Under the pieces are notes generated by a model. That model saw only the letters and a program-made list of their open reading frames with translations. It was not told the origin of the DNA and did not search any database. A program made the translations under genes and the position numbers. Positions 49,199 to 62,259 of a stretch of 64,000 nucleotides of DNA are shown here, piece by piece; position 1 is the first letter of the stretch, and each line of letters starts with the position of its first letter. Origin of the DNA: Selaginella moellendorffii (Eukaryota; Plantae; Lycopodiophyta); contig NW_003314350.1 in assembly GCF_000143415.4 (NCBI RefSeq), positions 434,001 through 498,000 on the forward strand. Reading direction: 5' to 3'.

Positions 49199-52018
49199 AT
49201 GGCTCCGTGGGTTCTTCTTATCAATGCCACCAAGATCGTTGGCGCCGCTGGAGTCCTCACCGTGGCTGCAAACACGATTGGCTATCTCCAGTTTCGCAGA
49301 AAAAAGCTAGCTCCGTTTGAGTGCCCAATCGACGAGAGCCAGGAGCTTCTCGCAAGCTTTCCAATCGACAAGCCTGGTAAGTTTCTCTTCGATGGTTTTT
49401 AGAAAGAAAAATCGGTACTTGACAAGAAAAAGAGTGTTTTTTTTGGTTCCAGCTGAAGATGGAGGATTTTTCTTCGCTCTAGCAACAGCCCCAGCTCACG
49501 TCGAGGACAACCTCAACGATGCATGGCTTGAATTTGCAAGGGAGACTGTTCCCGACAAGCAAGAACAGGAGTTTATCCAAGAACGAGAGATGGACAGAGA
49601 CGATGCGAGAAAAGATGAGAACACTTTCCGGCAAGCATCAGACGAGCTGTTGGCGTCAAAGTCCAAATCTGCGACGGCTGGAGAACTCACGGAGTGGGAA
49701 GTTGTCGATGAGAAGGAAAAAGCGGAAAGATCGAAATCTCCCAAGAGTGACCAGATTTCTGAGGAACAGGTGCTGGATTCGAGCTTGATAAGGAAAGAAA
49801 GTGCTACTCCTCCGGCTCTTCTTCGAGCCAAGAGCACCACTGAAGAGCCGCGTTTGCAATTCAATTATCCAAAGAAAGGGAGGAAGCTTGCCAGGGTGGC
49901 TATGGAGGCCATGATTCGAGGCATTGAAAGGTTCGCTGAGGACGAAGAGCCGGAGGATGCCAAGCTTAATGTAGCTGCCTGGCACAACGTTGTTCACCCG
50001 TAAGTTTCTATACTTTCTTTCTTTCTTTGCTCTATCTTGTTGCTGCTAGTTCTAGTTTTTTTCGTTTCTCTTCGTGATCATTCATGGTGACTGTTTTATC
50101 TTTATTTTTTTTGTGATCAGTGAAGAACGAGTTCGATTTTGGAGCGATCCAGACACCGAGCTCCGACTCTCGCAAAAAACCAACGTCACTGTTTTCCGCA
50201 TGGGAGTGGACTGGACGAGGATAGTTCCTCTGGAGCCAAAGGACATCTCGTTTGAGCAAGCAGTAAGTTCTCACGACAAAGAAAGATCGAAGAAACTAAA
50301 AACCGTGTTTTTCAGGTGAATTGGAGCGCGGTGAAGCGATACAAGCATATAATCGAGCGAGTTCGTGCTCACGGGATGCGAGTCATGCTCACGCTCTTTC
50401 ACCACTCTCTTCCTCCCTGGGCTGCGAGCTATGGTGGCTGGAAGGAGGAACGAACTGTCAAGTATTTCCTGGATTTCACGAGGTAAAGATCACGAGGGAT
50501 TCAAAGTTTCAGAGTTCTACTGAGAGTTCTTCATTGTTTTCCTAGATTGGTGGTCGAAGAATACGGAGAGATGGTGGATTTCTGGGTGACAATTAACGAG
50601 CCGCACGTCTTTGCGATGCTGACTTACTGCGCTGGAGCGTGGCCGGGTGGTCATCCGGATCTCTTGGAGACCGCAACCGCGGTGATGCCGAGAGGAGTGT
50701 TTAATCGAGTCATGGATTTGATGGCCGATGCTCACAACCAAGCTTACGATATCATCCACGAAATAAGGTGCTTGTTTTTCTCATTCTTTGTTCGCCAAGT
50801 TTTCTTATTTTCTTCTTTTGAGCAGTCGAAGACGATCCCAGACGACTCAAGTTGGGATATCTCATCACGTATCTTTTGTTCGTCCCTACGGTCTTTTCGA
50901 CGTCTCGGCAGCCGTCATTAGCAACTGGAAGACACATTTTCCATACGTTGATGCTGTGTGTAAGAAACTGGATTATCTCGGCCTCAACTATTACGGTCAG
51001 GTGATATTCCATCTATTTTCTCAAACAGAAGTAAAAAAAAAACGTTTTTTTTTTCTTCAGGAGTTCATATCAGCACCAGGATTAAAGCTGGTTGAGAACG
51101 AAGAGTATAGCGAGTCAGCACGAGCGATATATCCGGATGGGCTCTATCGTGTGCTCTTGGCATTTCACGACCGATACAAGAGCTGTGGCTTCCCTTTTAT
51201 CATCACTGAGAATGGAGTCTCGGATTGCACAGATTTGATTCGCAGGCCTTACATCATCGAGCATTTGCTGGCCATTCGTGCTGCCATGAACAAGGCGAGC
51301 TTCAAAGTTTCATCTTTTCTCTTTGCAAAAAGTTTTGTGACATAACTTCAATCTACAGGGTGTTCCAATCCGAGGCTATTGCTTCTGGACCGTCTCGGAC
51401 AATTGGGAGTGGGCTGATGGATATGGTCCGAAGTTTGGATTAGCTGCTGTGGATCGCCGAAACAATCTCGCGAGGTGTCCACGACCCTCGTATTATCTCT
51501 TTGCAGAGGTTAAGTTTTCTTTTCAACTTTTTGTTCCTGAGTAAGTTTTCTTGGTTTTGTTCCAGCTCGCAAGAACTGGAAAGGTCACGAGAAAGCAAAG
51601 AGCTACCGCTTGGAAGGAGTTGCAAGACGCAGCTGCTAAAGGTACCAAAAGACCATTCTATCGGGCGGTGGATGCAAATGGTTTGATGTATGCTGGTAAG
51701 CGTTGTTCTTGTGTTCTCTCTCTTTTTCATGGTATAAACTTTGATGATGTTTGATCAGGGGGTCTTGACGTTCCAATCGAGAGACCATTTGTCCAAAGAG
51801 ATTGGAGGTTTGGCCACTATGAAGTGGATGGTTTGCAAGATCCACTCAACAGGGCGCTGAGAGCCGTGATTCGAGTTCTCTTGTTTAGAAGAAGTAAGCC
51901 AGGAAAGAAGCCTAGCTTGGATAGTGACCAAGTCGAAAAAGTTGACACCATGAATCAACAAGAAGAAGAAGAAGTTCGTGAGGAAGCTCCACAGGAAGAG
52001 GTCCCATTGGCTGTATAA
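49199..52018 (+). CDS. SFR2: Galactolipid galactosyltransferase SENSITIVE TO FREEZING 2 (GH1 family)
   Basis: FFFALATAPAHVEDNLNDAW, RFWSDPDTEL, VTINEPHVF, IITENGVSD, DNWEWADGYGPKFG and DWRFGHYEVDGLQDPL. Confidence 0.96.
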
Positions 52019-52349
52019 CAAGAAATTAAGAAGTTAAATGGAAGGGTACAATTAAAATTTATTGTTGCGAAAAAGAAAATTAAATTTATAGTTTTATCTT
52101 TGTAAAATTTTGGGTTTAAGAATGGAGTCTTCACGAAAAGGCTGATCGATTTCATCCGCGGATGCAGTAGCGCCCGAAGAGGGTGTAATTTCTAAGGAGT
52201 CATATGGAAAAGCATTGAGACTGGAAGCGATGAGAGGACCATATGTATGGATTTTGGTATTTCATCGGACCAGCTGGCGCTCGAAAGTCCACTAGCCTGC
52301 TTGCCACTGTGAGATACCTTTCTTAAGAAGGCTGCTGCATGATTTTCCT

Positions 52350-53433
52350 GGATGCTTGAAGGTTCGGTGAGAATCGGAGCAACTCTGTTATGGAGCCTTG
52401 CGCAAGAATTCCCACCCATGGCCAGCCTTCCAACGATTTCTGAATGTGTGGCCTTTCTGATGCATTTGAAAGTAAGAGCTACGATTGTAGTGGACAGCGG
52501 TAATGTAATTTCAACAAAGAGTGGTGTTGCTGCTTTGTTAACTGGCTTTGTGAATGTCTACAATGTAGTCTTTTGTGCTTCGCTCTTTTATCTCCAAATC
52601 GACATCCTCATTCAGTGCGTACACGCCAAACATCGCAGTTCAGGTCTGGTGAATGGAACACAATGATCCACCATCCCAAAACCCATTGCCTTGAGAGCGC
52701 AGTTCTGATGCAAATCCAAAGCTACTACTTCTGTGATCTCAGCTTCAAGAGATGCAATTTCCCTTCGGAACTGGTCACCACCCTGTGCATGCACTCTTTA
52801 TGCGAGAAAAGCTTCAAAGCCTGTGGGAGCGAGTAGATATAGTGAAACATTTGACAGGAAGCTGGACAGTGGAATGTCTCCACTCTTGGATTCTGGGTGT
52901 TTGTACAGCGGCCCGGATGGTACTCTTGACTTCATTACGGATGGCTCATGGGAGCTTTGCCTACGTGAAGTTGGCAGAACTCATCGAGGAAGCTGAAGTT
53001 GACAAGCAGTGCGAGCTTGTTGGAATCTGGACAGGATCGATAAAGGGGGATGACAATGCAATTCGGATCGGCTGGAATGCGGAAGAAGCTGTGAGTTTGG
53101 CAGCCAAGCTCTTTGACTTCCAGATTTCATACTGCATCAACAAGGCGTTCAACGTGAAGAACCCCTAGGTGCAGATTTTTGGTGGACCAGTTTTACTTCG
53201 TGTGGAGCCAAATATGTTAGAATGGATTAAGCTAAATGTTGGTGGATGTTCTCAACGCGTGTCGGAAGCCTTCGCCATGCATGTACCTGCCGAAGCTATT
53301 TAGCCACGTTGTCTACCTTGAGTTCCAGGACATGGTGGTCGCATGGCATGTTTCAGTCGCAGAGAATGCCGAAGAACAGCACTATTGTACTGTTGAGAAT
53401 GCAGAAAACCTGTTTGCAGCTGCCGGGAAATAA
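52350..53433 (+). pseudogene. Unassigned degenerate coding sequence
   Basis: Several abutting ORFs with protein-like composition (for example 52752-53168). No family recognised. Confidence 0.25.
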
Positions 53434-54104
53434 AAAAATATTCTGCTATGGGTGATTCCATGCCAAGCCCAGGTGACTTCAACAGTGCACCAGGGCCTCA
53501 CGTACTTTTACGTCAAAATGCCTTTCGCTTCTGTGAGTAGCGAGCTGGATGTTAGTGATTCAAGCACGGATGCTAGCACGCATCAGGAGAGATAACAACG
53601 AAAGGTAAGGTTTTAGTGGTGCCTGGATTGCGCAACTAATATGGTTTGGCTGCAGGACACGGATATATGCTGCAAATGAAAGCGGGAGACGTGAACTGCC
53701 CCACATTCATGGCATGCGAAATCAGGCGGTTCAAGCACCTCAGTCCCTCCAGCAAGACTCTTTGCAATTGGCGTCGGATCATAGCCGACACATCTCTGGT
53801 GATGCCGGAGTAGGCAAACAGCACACCAGTTCATAGAGGCCAAGTCCCGTCGTTGGGGAGGTAAAGGACTCTTGAGAGCAAGAGCTGAAGCAGAATGCGG
53901 AAACGCAAATTCGACGTCACTATAGTCTAACATGATCCAAGCAAGCTCGGGAGTTTGTATGTGGCAAAAATGCAAAGCATGGATTGGATCAAACCAGGAT
54001 TTGTAACTTAATCTACATTTACGTGTATGTAACGTGGATATGTAAAAAAAAAATAGAGAGGGATTGTGCATTTGCCCCATATCTTGATCGTCAGATCGCA
54101 GGAA

Positions 54105-54240
54105 ATCGACAGTAGTACATGGTGATTAATATCTGCAAAGCTAGATTTTATAACATTGGCTTGGCAGTGTGGATATCGACAGTAGTACATGGAGATTAAT
54201 ATCTGCAAAGCTAAACTTTATAACATTGGCTTGGCAGTGT
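54105..54240. repeat. Tandem duplication, 70-bp period, two copies
   Basis: atcgacagtagtacatgg.gattaatatctgcaaagcta.a.tttataacattggcttggcagtgt at 54105 and 54175. Confidence 0.93.
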
Positions 54241-54681
54241 TTGATTGGAGACACTTGTCATCCACGCAGCCATGTCGTACTAACCCATTGGAACTGTTGT
54301 TGTACGGAATGCATCGTTGGCTCGTTGTTTGAAGAACCAGAGCTGGGCATTTTTCCACGCATTGGAGAGGGAGGGGGAGCGCGCTAGGGTTTGATCTTCC
54401 AGCTATTGCTCGCGATCGATCGGGGGTGGCGGCAGCAGCAGCCAGACGCCTTGCATTGTTGCGGTTTCGCTGTATAGGTTAGCGATTTGCAGCTTCGCCG
54501 ATGCTTCTCTAATCGTTGTTTGTTTCAGCGATTGTTTTGCTCACGGCTTCTCATTGCATTCGTGTGTGAGCTGGAGCGAGTGAGCGCTGCCCTCTTTTCT
54601 TCTTCTTCCAAGTATACCGCTTTCATTCTTTCTAGTGTAGTTTGTGTTTCCTTTCTTAGACTGGATTGCCTCTGATTAGAT

Positions 54682-57600
54682 ATGAGTCTCGGGAGTGCTA
54701 AGCGATCGATTACTCGGGTGACCAGTATGCGCGATCGAGTCCAGGATTCATTGCAAGAGCATCGGAATCAGCTGCTATCAGTGCTATCGAAGTAAGAGAA
54801 CTCTTTCTTTTCTTTCTCTAGGCCAGATGATGAACAAAACTTTCTTCGTATTTCCTTGTGTTTTTTCCAGGTTTGTAGCGAATGGAAGTGGGCTTTTGCA
54901 ACCTCACGAACTGAAAGATGGGCTTGCAAATGCTGTCAAGGACTCGCAGCTCCTTCTCCAGCTGCAAGATGGTATCTTTGGCCGCGTTTTGCATTACACT
55001 CAGGTCCAACCAATCTCTTCTCCCTTGAGCTTTGCTAAGATAAGTTGTTCTTCGCTACTTCATTTGTAGGAAGCGATGGTTTTGCCTCCTTGGGTCACTC
55101 TGGCTGTGCGACCCAGGCCTGGTGTCTGGGAGTATGTTCGAATAAACGTCGACGAGCTGACTGTGGAGCAGCTCTCAGTTTCTGAATACCTTGCGTTTAA
55201 AGAGTGTCTGACAAACGGAGTGTAAGTTTTTTTTTCTTCTCTCGTTCTTTTTTTACTTGTATTTTTCTCAACTTCCACCAGGTGCAATGACAAGTTTGTC
55301 CTTGAACTAGACTTTGAACCTTTCAACGCTCATTTCCCAAAGCTAACACGTCCCAAGTCGATTGGCAATGGTGTACAGTTTCTTAATCGGCATCTCTCGT
55401 CTCGTTTGTTTCGTGACCAGGAGAGCATGCAACCTCTGTTTAACTTCTTACAAGTGCACAAGTATCGTGGGGAGGTAAGTTTTTTTTGTTTTATATTTGT
55501 TTGTTTTTTCCGCTGACACAGAATTCTTGTTTTAATCAGACTCTCATGCTAAACGATAGGATCGAAACTCTGGACAGGCTTCGACCAGCACTTGTCAAGG
55601 CTGAAGAGCAACTGACACGGCTCCCTGATGACGCACCATATGCTGAATTTGCTTTGAGGTATTAGAACTTACACTAACTTTGAGGAGGCTTTTGGTCACT
55701 TAAACTCTCTTCTCTCAGGCTGCAGGAACTGGGACTAGAGAAAGGATGGGGAGGCAATGCCAGAGAGGTTCTTGAGATGATTCATCTCCTGCTAGAGACG
55801 CTTCAGGCTCCTGATCCTAACACGCTCGAGAAGTTTCTCGGGAAAGTGCCTATGGTTTTCAGCGTGGTGATTCTGTCACCGCATGGCTACTTTGGCCAAG
55901 CAAATGTCCTGGGAATGCCGGATACAGGTGGACAGGCAAGTTTACGTGAAATGCAAGCTGTTTGGTCATCTCTTTAGCATTTACCGTCTTTCTGCAGATT
56001 GTTTATATTCTGGATCAAGTTCGTGCTTTGGAGCAAGAAATGCTTAGTAGAATTAAGCACCAGGGTCTTGAGATCAAGCCTCAAATCATAGTGGTACGTG
56101 ATCTACACTCTATTTTCATGATCTCTGACCTTGTTTGGTCAGGTGACTCGTTTGATTCCCGAAGCAAAAGGAACCACTTGCAATCAGAAGGTGGAGAAAA
56201 TCAGTGGCACTGAATACTCTCGTATTTTGAGGATTCCTTTCAGGACGAAAGAAGGAATACTCAAACAATGGGTATCACGTTTTGATGTCTGGCCTTATTT
56301 AGAAACATTTGCTGAGGTAACTCCACCGAAGTTTGTCTGTATGCTCACCGGCGTACTGTTTGTCCAGGATGTTGCACATGAGATATGCGCCGAACTTTCG
56401 GGTCCTCCGGATTTGATTATAGGCAACTACAGCGATGGAAATCTCGTGGCTTCGTTGCTTGCGTACAAGCTTGGCATCACTCAGGTGACTTTACCTCTCG
56501 TCATCTAGTTTTCCTTCGTTCCTACATTTTAAATCTTCTGTTCTTTTCTCAGTGTAACATTGCGCACGCATTAGAGAAAACAAAGTATCCCGACTCGGAC
56601 ATCTACTGGCGGAAGTTTGATGACAAATATCATTTCTCCTGTCAGTTCACAGCCGATCTCATTGCTATGAACCATGCTGATTTCATCATTACGAGCACTT
56701 ATCAGGAAATTGCTGGAAGGTGCAGCTTTTTTTTTTCTCCCTCTCTCCTGCGTTCTAAAAGCTTATGCATGCAGTGATGACAGCGTGGGGCAGTACGAGA
56801 GTCATGCCGCGTTTACGCTACCAGGCCTGTATCGTGTGGTCGACGGAATTGATGTGTTCGACCCGAAATTTAACATTGTTTCGCCTGGAGCTGACATGAC
56901 CATCTACTTTCCATTCACTGAAAAAGAACGGCGACTGACTTCGTTGCATGGGCAACTTGAGCAACTTGTTTATGGTACTGAACAGAACGAAGTCCATGTG
57001 TAAGTGCTTGTTTTCGTTTTTTAATCTTCGACCAACTTAACGATTGATCTGCAGGGGAACGATAAGCGATCGATCAAAGCCTCTCATTTTCTCCATGGCG
57101 CGTTTGGACCGAGTGAAAAACATCTCCGGCCTGGTGGAGTGGTTTGCGAAGAACCCGCGACTGAGGAAACTCGTGAGCCTGGTGGTTGTTGCTGGAGACA
57201 TCGATCCGGCGAAGTCGCGAGACCGGGAGGAAATCGACGAGATTCACAAGATGCACGGGCTCATGGAGGAGTACAACTTAAAGGGCGACTTCAGATGGAT
57301 TTGCGCGCAGAAGAACCGAGTCCGCAACGGAGAGCTGTACCGTCTTATAGCGGATACTCGCGGTGCTTTCGTCCAGGTATGAGAACAGTGCGTTGCTTCG
57401 CTTTCTTTCCTGATCGACTCATATCACCTTTGACTTGCGCAGCCTGCGATTTACGAAGCTTTTGGACTGACAGTAGTGGAGGCAATGACTTGCGGTCTAC
57501 CATGTTTCGCAACCTGCAAAGGAGGCCCCGCGGAAATCATTGTGAATGGCGTGTCCGGCTTTCACATTGACCCGCACCATGGTGAAACAGCCAGCAACAT

Positions 57601-58088
57601 CATGGCCGATTTCTTCGAAAAATGTCTCGCAGACAAGGACTACTGGAACAACATCTCGGCGGCTGGCCTGGAGCGCATTTATGAACGGTACGCTGCGATT
57701 TACACATTCTCGCTTCAAGTTTCTCGCTGTTCTCTCTCTGCAAGAAGCTAAGCTATGCTTCGTTTGGCTTTGCTTTTCGCAGGTATACCTGGAAGATCTA
57801 CGCGGAGAGGCTCATGACACTGGCGGGAGTGTACGGCTTCTGGAAGTATGTGTCGAAACTGGAGAGACGAGAGACTCGACGCTACCTGGAGATGTTCTAC
57901 ATCCTGAAGTTCCGTGAACTGGTACGGGTTTTTGACACTTCCCGTGTGATTGATTGATGTGAGAAAAGAGGCAAAAACTTACGTACGATGGCAACTTGCA
58001 GGCCAAGAGAGTACCACTTTCCAGTGACAAGGAAGATGTTGACGAGAAGATTTCGAAGAAAACTCATGTCAAAGAAGGTCAGGCTTAA
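54682..58088 (+). CDS. SUS: Sucrose synthase
   Basis: [86 protein letters not shown] and [13 protein letters not shown]. Confidence 0.98.
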
Positions 58089-59133
58089 AAAGAAGAGAAC
58101 GCTTTTCTTCATCGAGTGGAGTAGCCAGCAAATCTTCGCAAGCTTGCAAGCAAGGAAGTAAAAAAAGCGAGAAGTAGAAGCGTACTACCACTGCTCGGCT
58201 CTGGAAAGAGAGCCCAAGCAAATCAAAGGAGAGAGCCTCTTGTTGGACGACTCTCTTAAAGCTTTGTGATCGATTCGATCTGCTTCTCTTTCATACTTCA
58301 CTTAAAATCGCTCCACTCGCGAAAAAAGAGTGTGATGAATAATATAAAATCTTCTTCGTCTTTCCTCCCCCACCTGTCTGTCCATGATGGAGAGAGCTCT
58401 GGCCCTTTTTAAACGAGGCGAATATTCGTCTTGCAGGACACGTGTCGGTTTTGAGCGCCCTAAATCCTCGCCACTACAGACGAGCCAAGTGTCATTTCTA
58501 ACAACCATTGGATAAGCTTGTATATTCCGACAAATGACAGCACATCGAGACCGTCGCCTCCAAATTGAATCCAACGGTGGCAGTGTAACTGATGTCATCT
58601 TCCAGGAGTTTCGCTAATTACGACGGTAAAAGACGAGCACGCGGGCGAGGGGGTCGCAGTGAAAAATGGTTTATTACCGCCTGGTGGATTCGCCCCCTCC
58701 CCTGTACAGTATACGGAAGCAGGTGGGTGTAAATGTAAAGTGGTAAGAAAGAAAATCTTTGTTACCCGGCGTTACTTGAGAGACTTACGGGACTTCTTCC
58801 CTTCCCCTTTTCTTACCTTTGGTCTTTTGATCTTCGATAGAGCGGCTATAGGCGGAGCTCTTGGCTATGGCGGTCGAGCTCCCGACGCGAGATCTTCCGC
58901 GATAATCCGCGATATTTCGTGCAATCTCTTGCTTCTCCCCCTCAATCTCGATCCAATGCTCTGTTCTTTGATCGATCGGGGGCCGAGTCCGTGAAATTTC
59001 GGGTCGATCGGGCGATAGCAGCTGGGATCGCGTCAGGGTCGAGGTGCATGTGAGGATTTTCTAGCGCTGCCAAAGGATATAGAGTTAGGAAAGAGGAGAT
59101 CGTCGCTTAGGGTTTTGGCGGCCTGATTGGAGA

Positions 59134-60711
59134 ATGATGTCCCGGGAGATGGAACGATGGCGCCTCTTCTTTGAGAACTCCGGGGAAGATCTCTGGAGTG
59201 TCATCGACTGGGCGCTCACCATTGCGGCCGTGAATTACCCCAAGGAGTTGCGAATGAGGAGGGATGGCTTTGCCGAAAAGCTGTTTGCGCCGTCAAACTA
59301 CCCACTGGTGGCGACCAATTGTGGCGGTGGAGCTCCATTGCTACTGGCTGGAGGATCGGACAGGAAGGACAGCCTCGATCGTGATCACGATGACGATCAG
59401 GGCGAGGAAGAGGAGAATGCCGATGCCCGGAACCTCGCTCCAGCAGATGACGACGAAGAAGAGGCCGTGAGGCGTGAAGTTCTAAGTATTGGGCAGACGC
59501 TCGAGAGGGATCAAAACGAGGTTTGCTTTTTCCTTGGAATTTATGTCCACTTGTTCCACTTGTATGATGTGATTCTTCCATTCCAGCCAGCGGAGAAGCT
59601 TTTGAAGCCAATTGAGAGATTAGAACAGCTCCAGATCTCTGTCCAAGCCTTAAAGGTGGGTGCGAATTCATCGGTCTTTCTAGAAATCCTTAAATCGGGT
59701 TTTTTTTTTCTTTTTTTGTGGTTCATAGGTGACTGGAATTGGGATGATTGTCAATAAATTGCGTAAGCACCACAAGTCGAGCCGCGTCAAGGCCGGTTGC
59801 AAGAAACTTGTAAAGTAAGCCCGTGACCTCCACAGAGAGAAGAGCTTCATTGTTTCTTAGCTTCCTTCCTTTTTTAACACTTTGTGCTAGGCTGTGGAAG
59901 GACGTCGTTGATGAATGGGCCAAGACAGCGGACGCGGCCGATGCAGACGAACTAGCTCTTCCCAACGAGGCAGTCAATGAGGTGGAAGTGATTGAAGAAC
60001 GGTTACCACACAGAGTGGACCTGTTAAGCAGTTCCGTGTCGAGCGTTACTCAGCCACCCCCTTTACAAATGCTTGACAACGGAGGAGAGGATAGTATGTG
60101 TAAGTCTCCCAATCTCTCACGTTTTTTCTTTCTTTCTCGAGCTAACTTTGAAGCTGCGAGTGGCTGCAGTTGGATGTTCGCCCTCTGATGACCGGGAGGA
60201 CCACCACAAGTCTCATCGGATTAGTTATCCACCGTCGGAGCATAGTAAGATGCTAAATGGACCGTCATTCCAACCCAGTGGCAAATGGATGGATGATGAT
60301 AGAACAAGGACGGGAAGAGCCCCGGTTGCAGCCCCCAGTTCTGCAAGTGCAAGGAAACCACCGACAACAAAGCCGAGTGTAAGTCTCAAGAGGTTTCCTT
60401 CAATTATTTCGCAGTCGGGAAAAGCTCACTCTTCAATTTCTGCAGAGACCGTCTTTTCAAGAGAGCGGCTCCCTGACAGAGAAGCAAAAGCTAGAAACTA
60501 CGAAGAGATTAATTCATGACCAGTATCAACAAGCTGCAAATGGTAGGATTTATTTCGGACGAGAGGTAGTGGAAAGCTGACAGCGATTATGTCTGCAGTA
60601 AAGAGGCAAAGAACTGTGCAAGTGATGGACATGCAAGATGTTCCTCAAGATCGGCCTGGTAACCATCTCAAGGCAGGTTCTGGAAACACCAGAAGGCCAG
60701 TCCAGCGCTAA
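59134..60711 (+). CDS. Mediator subunit 26-like protein (TFIIS N-terminal domain)
   Basis: WRLFFENSGEDLWSVIDWALTIAA...RRDGFAEKLF, LKVTGIGMIVNKLRKH, and C-terminal KRQRTVQVMD. Confidence 0.88.
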
Positions 60712-61318
60712 GTAGCCCAGCAGAAGAGTGTGAAGGTTCAGTTCACTATAGGAAACGGCGGAGAAGAGCCTTGTACAGAAGAAAAGAAAAGCAAAAAAGA
60801 GGGAAGGATCGTCTCACTCGTTCGTCACTATACTGCACGACAAGGCCAAGCAAAGTGAAGGAGAGATTTATCCGGCGGTGCTAGGGGTGATAACAGGTCG
60901 AGGACAGACACGCCACAGGGGGAGGAAACGAGGGGCTATAAAATTTATGGAGGAAATATTATCTCACTTGGGAAAGAAGAGAACAGACAGGACACAGGGG
61001 CAATACATAATTTTGTAGGCTAGCTTACATACAGGGATCCAGGGAAAAGGTTTCTTTAAAGGTACAGGCAGGAAAGAGAGAGCTTTAGTTAAGCTATGGT
61101 GAAAAGAAGAAAGAGCGAACAAATAATTTACAGTGACTCTTTTGGCTGGTTCTGAACAAGTAAGTTGATCCAGCACCAAATTTTGAAAGACAAGAAGAGT
61201 AAGTTGAGGCAGCGAAACACAATCACCGTAAGTAGTCATGCTTGGTGTTTTCCTAATCTCGTCCAGGAAAAAAGCTGTCAAGTTTTCAAAGCCAGGTGGT
61301 GGCCTGCGAAGAATCCGC

Positions 61319-61804
61319 TCACGCCGCGGCCGACTGCTTGATAAACTCGATGCATTCCGCGACAGCATCTTGCGAGTAAGACGAGGAGGAGGAGGAGTCG
61401 AGGCGAGCAAACGACAAGGCGGCTCCATCTCTCTCGTGCTCCTGCCGGAGGTTTGTACCGCTGTTGCTGTTTCTTGCCGCGCTCTTCTTTCTGATCGTGC
61501 TGCTTCTTTTGGAGACAGATGTGGCCGAGTTTGGCGCCGCCACCATGAGCTTGACTTTGCTCCACGCTCCCTTGAGCTTGTCGACAATGCCGGTGTGGAT
61601 GACGCTGGCCTTGAACTTGGGGAGCGTCACCTTGCACTTGTCCTTCTTGATCCAGCTCGCCTTGGTGAAGCTGGACTTTCTTTCCTCGCGCTGGCTGAGG
61701 CTAAGGTGGTGGCCTGTTCTTCGCCGCGGCGCGAGGCAGATCTGCAGGAAATCCGGGCTGCGGAGATCGATGATCCGGGAGGATGGTCTGGTGCTGCTAG
61801 ACAT
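61319..61804 (-). CDS. Small plant protein of the so-called Josephin-like family
   Basis: Single exon ending YSQDAVAECIEFIKQSA, the conserved xxxEAIxDCIEF motif. The start Met at 61804 is tentative. Confidence 0.7.
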   Translation of the reverse strand: MSSSTRPSSRIIDLRSPDFLQICLAPRRRTGHHLSLSQREERKSSFTKASWIKKDKCKVTLPKFKASVIHTGIVDKLKGAWSKVKLMVAAPNSATSVSKRSSTIRKKSAARNSNSGTNLRQEHERDGAALSFARLDSSSSSSYSQDAVAECIEFIKQSAAA

Positions 61805-62259
61805 TCTAGTCAAGATCGAGATCAAGATCAAGAGTTTTCTTTCTTTTTTTTTATGGTTCTTTAATCTCTTCTCCTGGTTTGCTTTCTTTTTTGGTGATAG
61901 GAGAGACCCCACAAGAAGAAGAAGGAAAGAAGAAAAACGAAGCAAGCAAGCGTGCTGTACTTGCTTCCACTGGAAAAGACGTGCTTTTGCTTGCTTGCCT
62001 GCCTGCTTGCTCGTGCTCGCCAAGAACCAGCACACGCGCCCTTCTCCTCTTCAAACCGAATGACGGGCTGCCACGGCCGTCACCCTGAAGGGCAGGAAAG
62101 ATCCCCCGAATCTTTAAATCTGGATATTCTTTGGATATTTCATTTGTGACGGTTACAAAAGAAGAAAAAATGGATTTTGTTCTTACCAGCGGATAAAAGT
62201 CTGTCCAGCGGGTGAAAATTCTTTCTGGGACAAAAACGAATGCGCTGCTGCTTGCTTGG

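Noticed and set aside
61238-62063. Overlapping 199-208 aa plus-strand ORFs
   Set aside because: Antisense to the Josephin-like gene and its purine-rich leader, with no recognisable motifs.
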